Below, piece by piece: positions 22,909 to 32,256 of a DNA stretch of 64,000 nucleotides. The position numbers and the translations under genes were made by a program. The DNA comes from Poseidonia sp. (GTDB taxonomy: Archaea; Thermoplasmatota; Poseidoniia; Poseidoniales; Poseidoniaceae), in the NCBI GenBank assembly GCA_965661285.1, contig CBFIDD010000002.1, positions 386,521-450,520 of the forward strand. The letters are read 5' to 3'. The first letter of the stretch is position 1. Every line of letters begins with the position of its first letter. The notes beneath the pieces were generated by a model. That model had not been told where the DNA came from, did no database searches, and was given only the letters and a program-made list of their open reading frames with translations.

Positions 22909-22926
22909 TGAGAATCACCCAGGAAT

Positions 22927-23355
22927 TCACTCTTCTTCCCATTCGTCATCCCAGTCGTCGTCTCCACCGGATTGGACGGTGCCGCCTGCGGCGGCAACCT
23001 TCTCAGCGGCTCGAGCGCTGACTTCGTCAACAATAACGGTCAGGGCGGTGCGGATTTGACCGCTGCCGAGCAACTTGTCAATGCCTTTTTCGGTCAAGTT
23101 CACGGTATCAGCACCGTCGGCCATCTCTTCGAGTTGACTGACATTGGCCGTGACATAGACCGTACGAAGCGTGGGGTGACGGTTGAAACCGTGCATGCCC
23201 CAGTGCTTTGGCATGTACTTGATTCGGGTCATGACGCGGTGTTTGTTCATACCGGCGTTTCCTCGGCCACCACGCTTTCCAGCGCCACGACCGGCTTTCT
23301 TTCCTCGACCGTGGTAGCGGTTGCGTCCACGGTGCTTGTTTGCTTTTGTTCCCAT
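22927..23355 (-). CDS. rpl15: 50S ribosomal protein uL15
   Basis: RGAGKRGGRGNAG, KLLGSG; operon position. Confidence 0.95.
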   Translation of the reverse strand: MGTKANKHRGRNRYHGRGKKAGRGAGKRGGRGNAGMNKHRVMTRIKYMPKHWGMHGFNRHPTLRTVYVTANVSQLEEMADGADTVNLTEKGIDKLLGSGQIRTALTVIVDEVSARAAEKVAAAGGTVQSGGDDDWDDEWEEE

Positions 23356-23365
23356 CTCATTCACC

Positions 23366-23836
23366 TCAAATCATTCGGTCGACAAGGTCGCCGATGGCAT
23401 CTCCACGGGAGCCGAGGGCTCCACCGACGACGAAGCTGCGCTTGATGCCGCCCCAGCCCTTCGTTCCTCGAGGGGGGTGGAGGCGGAAAACACGCTTCAG
23501 TCCTGGAATGTCTTTCACCTGAGCCTCACCAGCGGTGATGGCCTTAGCAAAGTCGCTGATGTTCTTGTAGTCGGTGTGCTCAGCGACGATGTCATCGGTC
23601 AGCGGAGCGTTGCCGGCCATTCGGCCTCGCTCGGCGAGCATGCGCTCGACCAAGGCTTCGTCGGCTTGGCCCCACGTGATGTAGTCTTTGGCCTTCTGAA
23701 GCATGCCACGGTATTGCGGGTTGTCAGGAATGATGACGGCGTGATTGACACGGGTCAGGTTCATGTGACCCATGGTCTCGCGAATCGATCGCTCAACCTT
23801 GACATCGCTTCGTGCTCGTACAACAATAAACGTCAT
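23366..23836 (-). CDS. rpl30: 50S ribosomal protein uL30
   Basis: GMLQKAKDYITWG, FRLHPPRG. Confidence 0.95.
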   Translation of the reverse strand: MTFIVVRARSDVKVERSIRETMGHMNLTRVNHAVIIPDNPQYRGMLQKAKDYITWGQADEALVERMLAERGRMAGNAPLTDDIVAEHTDYKNISDFAKAITAGEAQVKDIPGLKRVFRLHPPRGTKGWGGIKRSFVVGGALGSRGDAIGDLVDRMI

Positions 23837-24600
23837 GCATTCTTCCTCCCGGTGTGGATGTAGAGATTTTCACGCTGGGCGTTGGTGACGCGGGTCGTGT
23901 TGATGTTCTTCAACGCATTGAACGTAGCAGCGGCGTAGTTGATGGTTGTGCGGGTCTGTCCCTTGGTTCGGGAGAGCACGTCCTCGATACCAGCGAGTTG
24001 CAGAACGCTCTTGCCGGTTTGGCCGATGACCAAGCCCTTGCCCTTTGCAGCGGGCATGAGGGTGACACGGGTTGAGGCAGCTCGTCCGTTGACCTTGAAC
24101 GGCACGGTGTTGCCGGGGCCGGGTGTGGATTCCCACGAGCCGTTGCCACGCTGGACAGCGATGAGATTCAACTTGGCGGCGGTGATGGCCTTGCGGATGG
24201 CGGTAGCGACTTCCTTGGCCTTGGCCATCCCAAGTCCGACGTAGCCGTCTCGGTTGCCGACGCAGGCCATGACGTTGAAGCGGACACGTCGACCGCTGTC
24301 GGTCATGCGCTGAACCATGTTGACGTCAATGACTTCGTCTTCGAGGTCGGGGATGAGTGCATCCACGATTTCGACCTCGCGAATAGGGAGACCGGAAGCA
24401 AGCGCTGCCTCGTAGCTGATGATTTTCCCAGCCATCACCGCAGCACCGAGGCGCGTGCGGGGTTCCCACTTGAGCAGGTTCGCAATCGGGTCGTCCTGAT
24501 TGCGACGGCGGCGACGTGGGTCAGGTGCGTCTTCAACTTCTTCGGGGTTGTAGGCCCTGTGGAGACCAGGGGCCATGGTGGTTGTTTCTTCTTCACTCAT
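23833..24600 (-). CDS. rps5: 30S ribosomal protein uS5
   Basis: WEPRTRLG, VQRMTDSGRR, GQTRTTIN. Confidence 0.96.
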   Translation of the reverse strand: MSEEETTTMAPGLHRAYNPEEVEDAPDPRRRRRNQDDPIANLLKWEPRTRLGAAVMAGKIISYEAALASGLPIREVEIVDALIPDLEDEVIDVNMVQRMTDSGRRVRFNVMACVGNRDGYVGLGMAKAKEVATAIRKAITAAKLNLIAVQRGNGSWESTPGPGNTVPFKVNGRAASTRVTLMPAAKGKGLVIGQTGKSVLQLAGIEDVLSRTKGQTRTTINYAAATFNALKNINTTRVTNAQRENLYIHTGRKNA

Positions 24601-25109
24601 CAGTAAGCCCCCTCAATGGTTTTCTTGGTGGTTTCAATATCGCCAGCAACGCTGTCGTCGATGTGGGAACCGTTCAGGCGCTCCTCATCGGGGTAGACAT
24701 CCTCGCTGTGTGGAAGGTCAAGACCTGCATCACTCATGCCCTTGAGGGCGGCGTACACACGGCCACCTCGGGTGCTGGCAGCCAAGCCGATGTCGAGCAC
24801 GGCTTCGCTGGCACCAGAGGCAACGGCGGCTTTGCCCATGGCAAAACCGACGAGGTAGGATGCGGGAACGGATTTGAGCGAGCGGTTGCTTGGCCACCCG
24901 TATTTCTTGACCAGATCAGAGCCCGTAACGGACACCGATACGAGGTCACCATCAGCAGCCCAGTTGACCAACTGACACGTGGTGCGGGTGTTCGACACAC
25001 GGACAACGGCACGAGGCATTTGTCCACGCAGCAACTTGAGACGGCGACGGTAGTCGGTGAGGCCGGACTTTCGTCGGCGGAAGATGGAGCGTCGGTTGTT
25101 GCCTGCCAT
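24600..25109 (-). CDS. rpl18: 50S ribosomal protein uL18
   Basis: RRRKSGLTDYRRRLKLL, LDIGL. Confidence 0.95.
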   Translation of the reverse strand: MAGNNRRSIFRRRKSGLTDYRRRLKLLRGQMPRAVVRVSNTRTTCQLVNWAADGDLVSVSVTGSDLVKKYGWPSNRSLKSVPASYLVGFAMGKAAVASGASEAVLDIGLAASTRGGRVYAALKGMSDAGLDLPHSEDVYPDEERLNGSHIDDSVAGDIETTKKTIEGAY

Positions 25110-25570
25110 CACTCATCCCCTCCTTTGAGTTCAACACCCTCGAGCGCCATCTGAGAGCGCATGTGGGCGATGGAACGGTAGGAACCGCCCTTGGCCTTCA
25201 GGTAGTAGCGGCGATATTGCGACGGTTCGATAGTGCTGTCCTCTCGAAGTTCTTTCAACACACGGCGCTGGCTGCGAATGGTCCGCATCCAGCGGTTCTT
25301 TCGTGGGTTGCGAGCGTTGGACGAACCGGCACGGGTACCTTGTCCCTTGCGGCGTCCTTTTTTCTTCTGAGCCAGTCGAGCACGAGCACGCACACGGGAT
25401 GTCCCCTTGACGGGCTTGGCACGAATCCATCCTTCGTCGATGAACTCGCGGATATCGTCGGTTTGCACGGCCGAAGCCACCTGGTCGACGTAGAGCGGGT
25501 TGATCCACACTCGGTTCTCGCCGCACTTGAGCAGACGAGCTGCGATTCGCTTTTGATTGGTGATTTGCAT
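25109..25570 (-). CDS. rpl19e: 50S ribosomal protein eL19
   Basis: QKRIAARLLKCGENRVWI, WMRTIR, YLKAKGG. Confidence 0.95.
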   Translation of the reverse strand: MQITNQKRIAARLLKCGENRVWINPLYVDQVASAVQTDDIREFIDEGWIRAKPVKGTSRVRARARLAQKKKGRRKGQGTRAGSSNARNPRKNRWMRTIRSQRRVLKELREDSTIEPSQYRRYYLKAKGGSYRSIAHMRSQMALEGVELKGGDE

Positions 25571-26205
25571 CAAACATCCCTCCGTCGGTTCAACACACGA
25601 ACACCGAGTTCATCGGCTCGTGCGTAAATCTGTTCTCGCTTGCGCCCGCCGACCGATGCGCCAACACGGGCGGCTTCGGTCTCGGGGTCAACGGCTTCGA
25701 GGTCGGCGGTGTTGTGCACCATCACTTCACGGAAGCCGGACGGGTGAAGGAATCGGGCAGCGGCGACTTTGCCGTGTCCAATTCGCACGAGTGAACCTCG
25801 GTACTTGTAGTTGCGACGTTGCTTGTTGTCCATACCGTGAGGAGCACGCCATCCGGAGCGTGAGAGACGCTTGTAGCGGAACCATTCGGTTCGTCGGAAG
25901 GATGGTGTCTTCTTTTTCTGCGCAGCTCGCAAGGCGAGGACGGCCTTCATCTCATCGTCAAGAACAGGCTTCTGCTTGACCATGTAGACATCGTCACCTT
26001 CGTCGTCCCAGTCCTCGTCGTCCCATGCATCGTCATCGTCTGCGCCCTCTACTGGAGCGTCCTCTTCAACGATGTCATCGGATTGACCGCCTGCTTCCTG
26101 CAGACGTTCGATGAGGTCGGATTTCTTTCCGGACACAGGGAGACCCTGTTCCTTTAGCAACTCTTTGAGTTGGGCAACGGTCATTGATTCGTAATCTTCA
26201 GCCAT
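25570..26205 (-). CDS. rpl32e: 50S ribosomal protein eL32 with N-terminal SAP-like domain
   Basis: WRAPHG.DNKQR, LHPSGF.EVMVHN; N-terminal TVAQLKELLKEQGLPVSGKKSDLIERL. Confidence 0.94.
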   Translation of the reverse strand: MAEDYESMTVAQLKELLKEQGLPVSGKKSDLIERLQEAGGQSDDIVEEDAPVEGADDDDAWDDEDWDDEGDDVYMVKQKPVLDDEMKAVLALRAAQKKKTPSFRRTEWFRYKRLSRSGWRAPHGMDNKQRRNYKYRGSLVRIGHGKVAAARFLHPSGFREVMVHNTADLEAVDPETEAARVGASVGGRKREQIYARADELGVRVLNRRRDV

Positions 26206-26210
26206 ATCAA

Positions 26211-26753
26211 TCACTCCTTGTTCAGCAGGTAAATACCATCCTGGAAGACACGGCGGTCTCGGTTCTTCACGGTCGTGCAGCGCTCAATGTTCGCTGCGGT
26301 TTGACCAACAGCTTCCTTGTCAATGCCGGAAACGGTGACTTCGGTTTTGTTGGAAACCTTGACGTCAACGTTGTCGAGAATGTGAGCCGTTCGAGGAACT
26401 CGCTCCCCAAAGTAGTTGTTCACTTGGAAGGTGTTGCCGTTCACGGCCAACGTCATCGGGAAGTGAGAGTAGAACGCCTTCAGGTTGTAGGTGAAGCCGT
26501 CGGTCACGCCCTTGACCATGTTGTTGAGATGAGCGTTCCATGTGCCGGCGAGCGCTCGCTGCTTGCGGCGTGGGAGATCCACACGAACGATGAGCCCAGC
26601 ACCGTCTTGGTGGAGTTGGACGACATCGCTTTGGAAGGTGCGGTTCAATGTCCCCCTGGGGCCGGTAATGGTCACGACGCCATCTTCGCTGATGTTGGCA
26701 GTAACGCCTTCAGGGATGGTTACGGTGTGTTCGATTCTGTCGAGTTTTACCAT
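26211..26753 (-). CDS. rpl6: 50S ribosomal protein uL6
   Basis: YSHFPM, VGQTAANIE, DRRVFQDGIY. Confidence 0.96.
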   Translation of the reverse strand: MVKLDRIEHTVTIPEGVTANISEDGVVTITGPRGTLNRTFQSDVVQLHQDGAGLIVRVDLPRRKQRALAGTWNAHLNNMVKGVTDGFTYNLKAFYSHFPMTLAVNGNTFQVNNYFGERVPRTAHILDNVDVKVSNKTEVTVSGIDKEAVGQTAANIERCTTVKNRDRRVFQDGIYLLNKE

Positions 26754-26764
26754 ATTTGTTCACC

Positions 26765-27154
26765 TCAGTACACATAGGCCAGCAGTTTGCCGCCAATTCG
26801 AGCGTCTTTTGCATCGTTGTGATGCATCACGCCGGAGTTGGTCGTCAGGATAAGAAGACCGAAATCTCGGGCAGGGAGGTATCGTGACTCCCACTTCTCG
26901 TATTCTTGACGACGAACGCTGTGTCGGGGTTTGACCGTACCACAGCGATTGATCGTTCCTCGCAGTTCGACGACATAGGCGTCACCACGGCCGTTTTCGA
27001 CACGTTCGATGTCGCCAACATAGCCAGAGGTCTGCATGATGTTCAGCACGTTGCCGAGGAGCTTGGAGGCAGGGGTCAACTCAACGTTGAATTTCCCGGC
27101 CTGCTCGGCATTGTAAATTTTGACAAGAGCGTCATTCAATGGATCCAATTGCAT
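26765..27154 (-). CDS. rps8: 30S ribosomal protein uS8
   Basis: DPLNDAL, YLPARDFG, GGKLLAYVY. Confidence 0.96.
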   Translation of the reverse strand: MQLDPLNDALVKIYNAEQAGKFNVELTPASKLLGNVLNIMQTSGYVGDIERVENGRGDAYVVELRGTINRCGTVKPRHSVRRQEYEKWESRYLPARDFGLLILTTNSGVMHHNDAKDARIGGKLLAYVY

Positions 27155-27166
27155 ACTTTCTCCTCC

Positions 27167-27319
27167 TCAACTCATTTTCTTGAAACCGATTTTCGGTGCA
27201 ACATCGCGGAAGCATTGTCGGCACAGTCGCAGCCCGTGGCGGCGAATCATGCCTCGCTTGCGGCCGCATCGACGACATCCGATGGTTCGTCCAATTCTTT
27301 CTCCGTGATCTCGTGCCAT
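27167..27319 (-). CDS. rps14: 30S ribosomal protein uS14 (not in ORF track)
   Basis: Manual translation [50 protein letters not shown]. Confidence 0.95.
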   Translation of the reverse strand: MARDHGERIGRTIGCRRCGRKRGMIRRHGLRLCRQCFRDVAPKIGFKKMS

Positions 27320-27321
27320 GT

Positions 27322-27849
27322 TCATTCCTCCAGGATATTGATGTTGAAGTTCTCAACGAACCATGCTCGGGATTCTTCTGCCGAGACACGGTGGTTCGTG
27401 CCGACCTTGCTCTTTGCACGTCGGCGGCGACTGACACGGTGGCCGGGGCGTTCGATCACGGCCGTGATGTCCATACCAAAGATACCGATTTCCGGGTCGT
27501 ACTTCTGACCGGGGAAGTCCGTGTAATCACGGACACCAAAGGAGAGGTTGCCCTCGCGGTCAAAGTTCCAAGCGGGGATGGTGTTCTCTCGGCAATCAAA
27601 GGCGCTGGTCAAGAAGGCCTTGATGTCGTCTTGATTTCGCATGGTGGCCTTGCAGCCGATAGGAGCACCCACGCGCACCTTCAGGTCTCGGTTCTGGATG
27701 CGACCGAGGGTTCGCTGTGGCTTGACGCCGGTGACCATCTCGAGAACGCTTTCGGCGTTCACCAAGCGTTCGCCGCCTTCACCGACACCGATGTTGACGC
27801 ACACCTTGGTGATGCGCAGTTGGGTCATGGGGTTGACGGTGGTGCTCAT
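27322..27849 (-). CDS. rpl5: 50S ribosomal protein uL5
   Basis: [26 protein letters not shown]. Confidence 0.96.
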   Translation of the reverse strand: MSTTVNPMTQLRITKVCVNIGVGEGGERLVNAESVLEMVTGVKPQRTLGRIQNRDLKVRVGAPIGCKATMRNQDDIKAFLTSAFDCRENTIPAWNFDREGNLSFGVRDYTDFPGQKYDPEIGIFGMDITAVIERPGHRVSRRRRAKSKVGTNHRVSAEESRAWFVENFNINILEE

Positions 27850-28544
27850 TCAGCCACCTCCGTGAGTGGCATGCTGGCGTCGCCAATGGCGAAGACATTG
27901 CGAGCAACCGTGTCGAAGCCGTCAAATTGGACTTCGTTGGGCATGCTGGAGCGCTTCACGACGTATTCCTTGACGTCGGCGGTTGAGCCGACGTGGGCGC
28001 CGCCGATGAGGTAGCATCGAGTACCTTCTCCAAAGCGGATGTGCTCAACGATGTTCTGGTCGGGCAAGCCCAGTTTGAGGGAGTCGCCCGTGTTGTATTC
28101 GGAAGGGTCGTCAACCAGAATGTTGCGACCGTCGTGAAGGTTGAGTTGGGTTCGTCCGCCCTTGATGGTGGTCTTGCCTTCGATGCGGCAAACCTTCCAT
28201 GCAGCTTCTTCGGCGCTGATGGGGCGGTATTGGAGACGGCCGTTGTGATCGAGGACACAGCGGTAGTTGTCCTCACCGAGGGTGAGCACGTCCATCAAGC
28301 CAACACCGCGTCGGGTATCTTTGACAACGCGGCCGTCGATTTTGGCCAGTTCGTTGTGCAGGATAAATCGAACCTCACGAGCGGTTTTGGCGAGACGAAG
28401 CACGTCTCGGACCACGAGGGTGATGGGCATGCAGTGCTCAAGCGTATGGGCACCAGGAGCAGGGCGAGTGACCCAAATGGAGGTCTTTCGTGGCAAGGGC
28501 CAGCTTCGTGGCATGGCCAAGCGCTTCAAGTGATTGCTGCTCAT
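27846..28544 (-). CDS. rps4e: 30S ribosomal protein eS4
   Basis: HLKRLAMPRSW, GLMDV, LHDGRN. Confidence 0.96.
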   Translation of the reverse strand: MSSNHLKRLAMPRSWPLPRKTSIWVTRPAPGAHTLEHCMPITLVVRDVLRLAKTAREVRFILHNELAKIDGRVVKDTRRGVGLMDVLTLGEDNYRCVLDHNGRLQYRPISAEEAAWKVCRIEGKTTIKGGRTQLNLHDGRNILVDDPSEYNTGDSLKLGLPDQNIVEHIRFGEGTRCYLIGGAHVGSTADVKEYVVKRSSMPNEVQFDGFDTVARNVFAIGDASMPLTEVAE

Positions 28545-28549
28545 CTTCT

Positions 28550-28957
28550 TCAACTCCTGTCACCAGTCAATTTTGCGATGCGGAGGCGGTCCGACTCGTC
28601 GAGTTGGGTTACCACCACATTCGAGACGTGCACTGGAACCGCCTCTTCCTTGTTGTCGGCCTTGCTGGCCTTGACACCTTCAATGTACAATCGACCCTTC
28701 TCAGCGTCGATACGCAACACAGCACCGGTGAGGGGCTCGTTGTTTCGCTTGCCACCGTGGCGCTTGCCGCCGTGGGCTTGGTCGCCTCGGGTGACCTGAA
28801 CCATATCGCCCACACGGACGGTCACGGTTCGCACACCGGCGAAGCGAGCATCGGGCTTAGCGAGCTGCAGACGGGCTGCGACGCGCTTGCGCTTCTGGTG
28901 CATGGGCGCATTGAAGTGCGCCTTGCGTTGTTTGCCTGGTTTCATACTCTTGACCAT
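28550..28957 (-). CDS. rpl24: 50S ribosomal protein uL24
   Basis: PGKQRKAHFNAP, VRVGD.V.V.RG. Confidence 0.95.
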   Translation of the reverse strand: MVKSMKPGKQRKAHFNAPMHQKRKRVAARLQLAKPDARFAGVRTVTVRVGDMVQVTRGDQAHGGKRHGGKRNNEPLTGAVLRIDAEKGRLYIEGVKASKADNKEEAVPVHVSNVVVTQLDESDRLRIAKLTGDRS

Positions 28958-28966
28958 TTCAATCCC

Positions 28967-29365
28967 TCACACAATTTGCTTTGCATTGGCAGCAATTCGA
29001 GGCCAGCGTTCAGCAGCCTCACGGGCAACTGGTCCCTTGATGTCGGAACCGGTGACGTCGCCCTTCTCATTGACGATGACACACGCGTTGTCTTCGAATT
29101 GGACCCACGTACCGTCAACACGACGGAAGGGGCGGCGCTGGCGGATGATGACAGCGTTGAACATTTGTCGGCGGGTGTCTGGCGTTCCCTTCTTGACGGA
29201 AACCTTGGCCATATCGCCCACACCGGCGGCGGGGTATCGACGCATGGTACCGCCGAGCTTCAGCACGTTGAGAATCTGAACGACCTTAGCGCCCGTGTTG
29301 TCGGCAACGTGCAGACGGGCTGCAGTGGGCAAACCGCGGGTTTGCTTACCGGCGATGCCCTTCAT
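28967..29365 (-). CDS. rpl14: 50S ribosomal protein uL14
   Basis: ADNTGAK, FEDNA, GPVAREAAERWP. Confidence 0.97.
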   Translation of the reverse strand: MKGIAGKQTRGLPTAARLHVADNTGAKVVQILNVLKLGGTMRRYPAAGVGDMAKVSVKKGTPDTRRQMFNAVIIRQRRPFRRVDGTWVQFEDNACVIVNEKGDVTGSDIKGPVAREAAERWPRIAANAKQIV

Positions 29366-29700
29366 CAAGCAACACCTCCTGAGTTCTCAATGACACAGAA
29401 CGAAACGGTCTTGGAAAGCGGTCGGCATTCCATGACCTTCACGTTGTCACCGATGCTGACCTCGCCGATGCACGAAGGAAGATGAGCGGAGACAACGCTG
29501 GTTCGCTTCTCGAATCGCTCGTACTTCTTCATGTAGCGAACGTTGTGTCGCTCAATGGTGATCGTCTTCTGCATGCCGACACTGGAGACGGTTCCCTCGA
29601 GGACTTGTCCTCGGAGGCGCAAACTGCCGTAAAACGGACAGTTCACATCACCATCCCACTCGCCGGTGGGGTTCTTCACGTCAACGCCAATGTCTCGCAT
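29365..29700 (-). CDS. rps17: 30S ribosomal protein uS17
   Basis: CPFYGSL.LRG, KYERFEKR, ECRPLSKT. Confidence 0.96.
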   Translation of the reverse strand: MRDIGVDVKNPTGEWDGDVNCPFYGSLRLRGQVLEGTVSSVGMQKTITIERHNVRYMKKYERFEKRTSVVSAHLPSCIGEVSIGDNVKVMECRPLSKTVSFCVIENSGGVA

Positions 29701-29704
29701 CGTA

Positions 29705-29962
29705 TCATGCCTTCCTGTATCTTCGGTGGATCCTGTCTTCGGGGCGCTGACCCACCATGGCCCCTTGGATGACGACATCGCTGTCGTCAACGGTGAATGT
29801 GATGCTGGCCTTGTTGAGGACCAGTTGGTGGTCGCCTTCGAGGAGGGCGACGGTGTTTCGGGTTTCGTCCACGACGATACCCTGGCGACCGACGAGCGTC
29901 GGGTCGGTGGAGGAGGTAACGGTCATGGAGCGACCGATCCAGGATTCGTTGTACATATCCAT
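29705..29962 (-). CDS. rnp1: ribonuclease P protein component 1 (Rpp29)
   Basis: IG..V..S.DP...G..G.VVDETRNT, RPEDR; operon position. Confidence 0.9.
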   Translation of the reverse strand: MDMYNESWIGRSMTVTSSTDPTLVGRQGIVVDETRNTVALLEGDHQLVLNKASITFTVDDSDVVIQGAMVGQRPEDRIHRRYRKA

Positions 29963-29963
29963 A

Positions 29964-30263
29964 TCATCGCACCTCCACATTGAATCCGTTATTCTTGAGC
30001 ACTTCTGCAGCTTTTTTCTTATGGTCTCCTTGAAGTTCAATCAATCGTCCTTTGACCGTTCCGCCTGCTGCGCATTTGTTCTTCAGGAGTTTGGCAAGTT
30101 GATTGATGTCAATTGCTGCGTCGTCAATGCCCTCCACTTTTGTTACGATTTTTCCATAGCGTCTTCGGTCGGTTGAGAGAATGGCTTTTTGTTGCTCCTT
30201 TGCAATTTCTTGGCAGATGCACAGTTCATCGGGTAGTCCGCAAACATTGCAAATAGCCGCCAT
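29964..30263 (-). CDS. translation initiation factor aIF1 (SUI1)
   Basis: CNVCGLPDELCIC, GGTVK, IELQGDH. Confidence 0.95.
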   Translation of the reverse strand: MAAICNVCGLPDELCICQEIAKEQQKAILSTDRRRYGKIVTKVEGIDDAAIDINQLAKLLKNKCAAGGTVKGRLIELQGDHKKKAAEVLKNNGFNVEVR

Positions 30264-30285
30264 TGTTCTCCATCACCTCGTGTGT

Positions 30286-30483
30286 TCACTGTTCGTTGTT
30301 CATGTGCGTCTTCAGACGCGCAATGCTTCGGCGAGTTGCCTTGTAAGCACCCATGTTTGAGGGGGTACCACCAAGGGCTTTCTCGGCGCGAAGTTGAAGC
30401 AATTCTTCCTGCAACTCAAGCAGACGGGCTTCTCGAGCCTCGGCGCTCATGGAAGCGATTTCTCGGTTGGAGACGTAGCTCAC
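30286..30483 (-). CDS. rpl29: 50S ribosomal protein uL29
   Basis: RRSIARLKT; operon position. Confidence 0.92.
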   Translation of the reverse strand: MSYVSNREIASMSAEAREARLLELQEELLQLRAEKALGGTPSNMGAYKATRRSIARLKTHMNNEQ

Positions 30484-31139
30484 TTGGAACCCTCCTCATC
30501 GGCGGCCTCTTGGGCGGCTTGGATTTTCAGTTCCTCTTCAGAGAAGATGCTGATTTCGTGTGGCAGACGGGTGCCAGGTCGCATGATTTCAACCGTAACA
30601 CCGATCGTTCCCAACTTCTTGACTGCGACGGAGTAGCCCTTGTCCATGTGCTGGAGAGCGGTCTCACCGCAATACTTGACGTAGCCTCGAATGTACTTCT
30701 CGGTACGGTTTCGGGAACCGGTCAACTTTCCTGCCACAGTGACGATGACGCCACGTGCACCTGCATCCATGATGTTCTGTGCTGCGCTGTGACACGAGCG
30801 GCGGTGGTACCATCCTCGCTCAAGCGAAGAGGCGATTTTCTCAGCCATCACTTGGGCGTTCAGGGTTGGGTTCTTGACTTCTTCAACCTTGAGTTTGGGG
30901 TTGGTCAGTTTGAATTCTTGGTCGAGACGGTTCTGAAGGTCGTTGATGATCTTCCCCTTTCGTCCGATGACCATACCGGGTCGCTCGGCGTGGACCGTGA
31001 CTTCGGTACCGCCTGGTGTTCGGCGGATGTCGAGGCCACCAAATCCGGACTTGGAGGTGTTCTTCATGAGGAACTCGCGGACGAGCAGACGCTCGACGTT
31101 GCGGTCAACGATGGTTCGTAGAATGCTTTGCTTACTCAT
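30480..31139 (-). CDS. rps3: 30S ribosomal protein uS3
   Basis: ERPGMVIGRKG KH motif, KLGTIGV. Confidence 0.96.
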   Translation of the reverse strand: MSKQSILRTIVDRNVERLLVREFLMKNTSKSGFGGLDIRRTPGGTEVTVHAERPGMVIGRKGKIINDLQNRLDQEFKLTNPKLKVEEVKNPTLNAQVMAEKIASSLERGWYHRRSCHSAAQNIMDAGARGVIVTVAGKLTGSRNRTEKYIRGYVKYCGETALQHMDKGYSVAVKKLGTIGVTVEIMRPGTRLPHEISIFSEEELKIQAAQEAADEEGSK

Positions 31140-31149
31140 GATGTTCACC

Positions 31150-31746
31150 TCAGAAGTCGTCCTCCAACTCGTCGTCGATCGCGTTCATGTCTTCCAAGAA
31201 GACTTCCAAGTTCACGCGGTAGTGATTGCTTGGCGTTGCACGGCCACGGGCACGAGGAATCCATCCCTTGCGGATGGGGCCTCGGTGGGCGGCGATGTGC
31301 GTGATGACCATTTCTTCAGCATCGATGTCTTCGTACTGGAAGCGGGCATTCTCCATCGCACTCTCGATGAGTTTGATGATGGCGCGAGAGGCCTTGACGG
31401 GGTAGCGTCCAGGACCAACACCGCCTTTTCGGTGTCCAACCATGGAGGGGCCGGATCGTCGCTTGCGCTTGTTGCCGCTGCCGAGACGGAAAGGAACAGC
31501 AGCAGCCTTGCGGCGGACATCTGCTCGGTCCGAATCAACACGCAGAACCTCGTTGAGGTAAGCGACGGCTTCCCCTGCGGTCTTGTTCTTGACGGCACGG
31601 CACACTTCGAAGCAGTGTTTTACGTGCATGTCAACATTGGTCGCACGCGCGGTTGCGAGGCGGTTGCCCTGCAAGAGCTGGGTGTAACCGCGTTGTGGGA
31701 GTTGATGTCGACGACTTCGTCGATCCATTTGATTTCGCTTTGCCAT
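31150..31746 (-). CDS. rpl22: 50S ribosomal protein uL22
   Basis: GRYPVKA, PRARGRATP. Confidence 0.95.
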   Translation of the reverse strand: MAKRNQMDRRSRRHQLPQRGYTQLLQGNRLATARATNVDMHVKHCFEVCRAVKNKTAGEAVAYLNEVLRVDSDRADVRRKAAAVPFRLGSGNKRKRRSGPSMVGHRKGGVGPGRYPVKASRAIIKLIESAMENARFQYEDIDAEEMVITHIAAHRGPIRKGWIPRARGRATPSNHYRVNLEVFLEDMNAIDDELEDDF

Positions 31747-31756
31747 CTGTTTCACC

Positions 31757-32245
31757 TCACTTCAACGGAACGTGCTTGGACGAACGGGTAGCACCTACAC
31801 CCGGACCGCTGTGGGTCACGCCTCGTCGGGTCACGGCAAATTCACCGAGATAGTGGCCGATCATCTCTGGTTTGATCTCGACCTCAACGAAATGTTGACC
31901 GTTGTGAATGGCGATGCGTCGACCGACGAACTGGGGCAGAATGGGCATGTCTCGACGGTGGGTTCGAATGGTTCGGGTGTTCGAACGAGCCACACGGTCA
32001 ATGAAGTGCTCATTTTCGACGGACAGCCCACGGCCGAGGGTTCGACGGGCTCTGGAAGGGAGAAGACCAACGACGTATTCCTGGTCTTCGTTCTCAGGCC
32101 ACATGGGCATCTCGTTCAACTGTTCCATGGTGTAGCCACGGTACGTGAATTCCTTCTTCACGCGAGCCGAGGTCGTCGAAAGGCGCTTACGTGCCTTACG
32201 TCGGCTGGCTTTGGGGGTCATAAAGGACTTCTTTTTCTTCGCCAT
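31757..32245 (-). CDS. rps19: 30S ribosomal protein uS19
   Basis: FTYRGY, RTHRRDM, MIGHYLGEF. Confidence 0.96.
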   Translation of the reverse strand: MAKKKKSFMTPKASRRKARKRLSTTSARVKKEFTYRGYTMEQLNEMPMWPENEDQEYVVGLLPSRARRTLGRGLSVENEHFIDRVARSNTRTIRTHRRDMPILPQFVGRRIAIHNGQHFVEVEIKPEMIGHYLGEFAVTRRGVTHSGPGVGATRSSKHVPLK

Positions 32246-32256
32246 GCATCATCACC

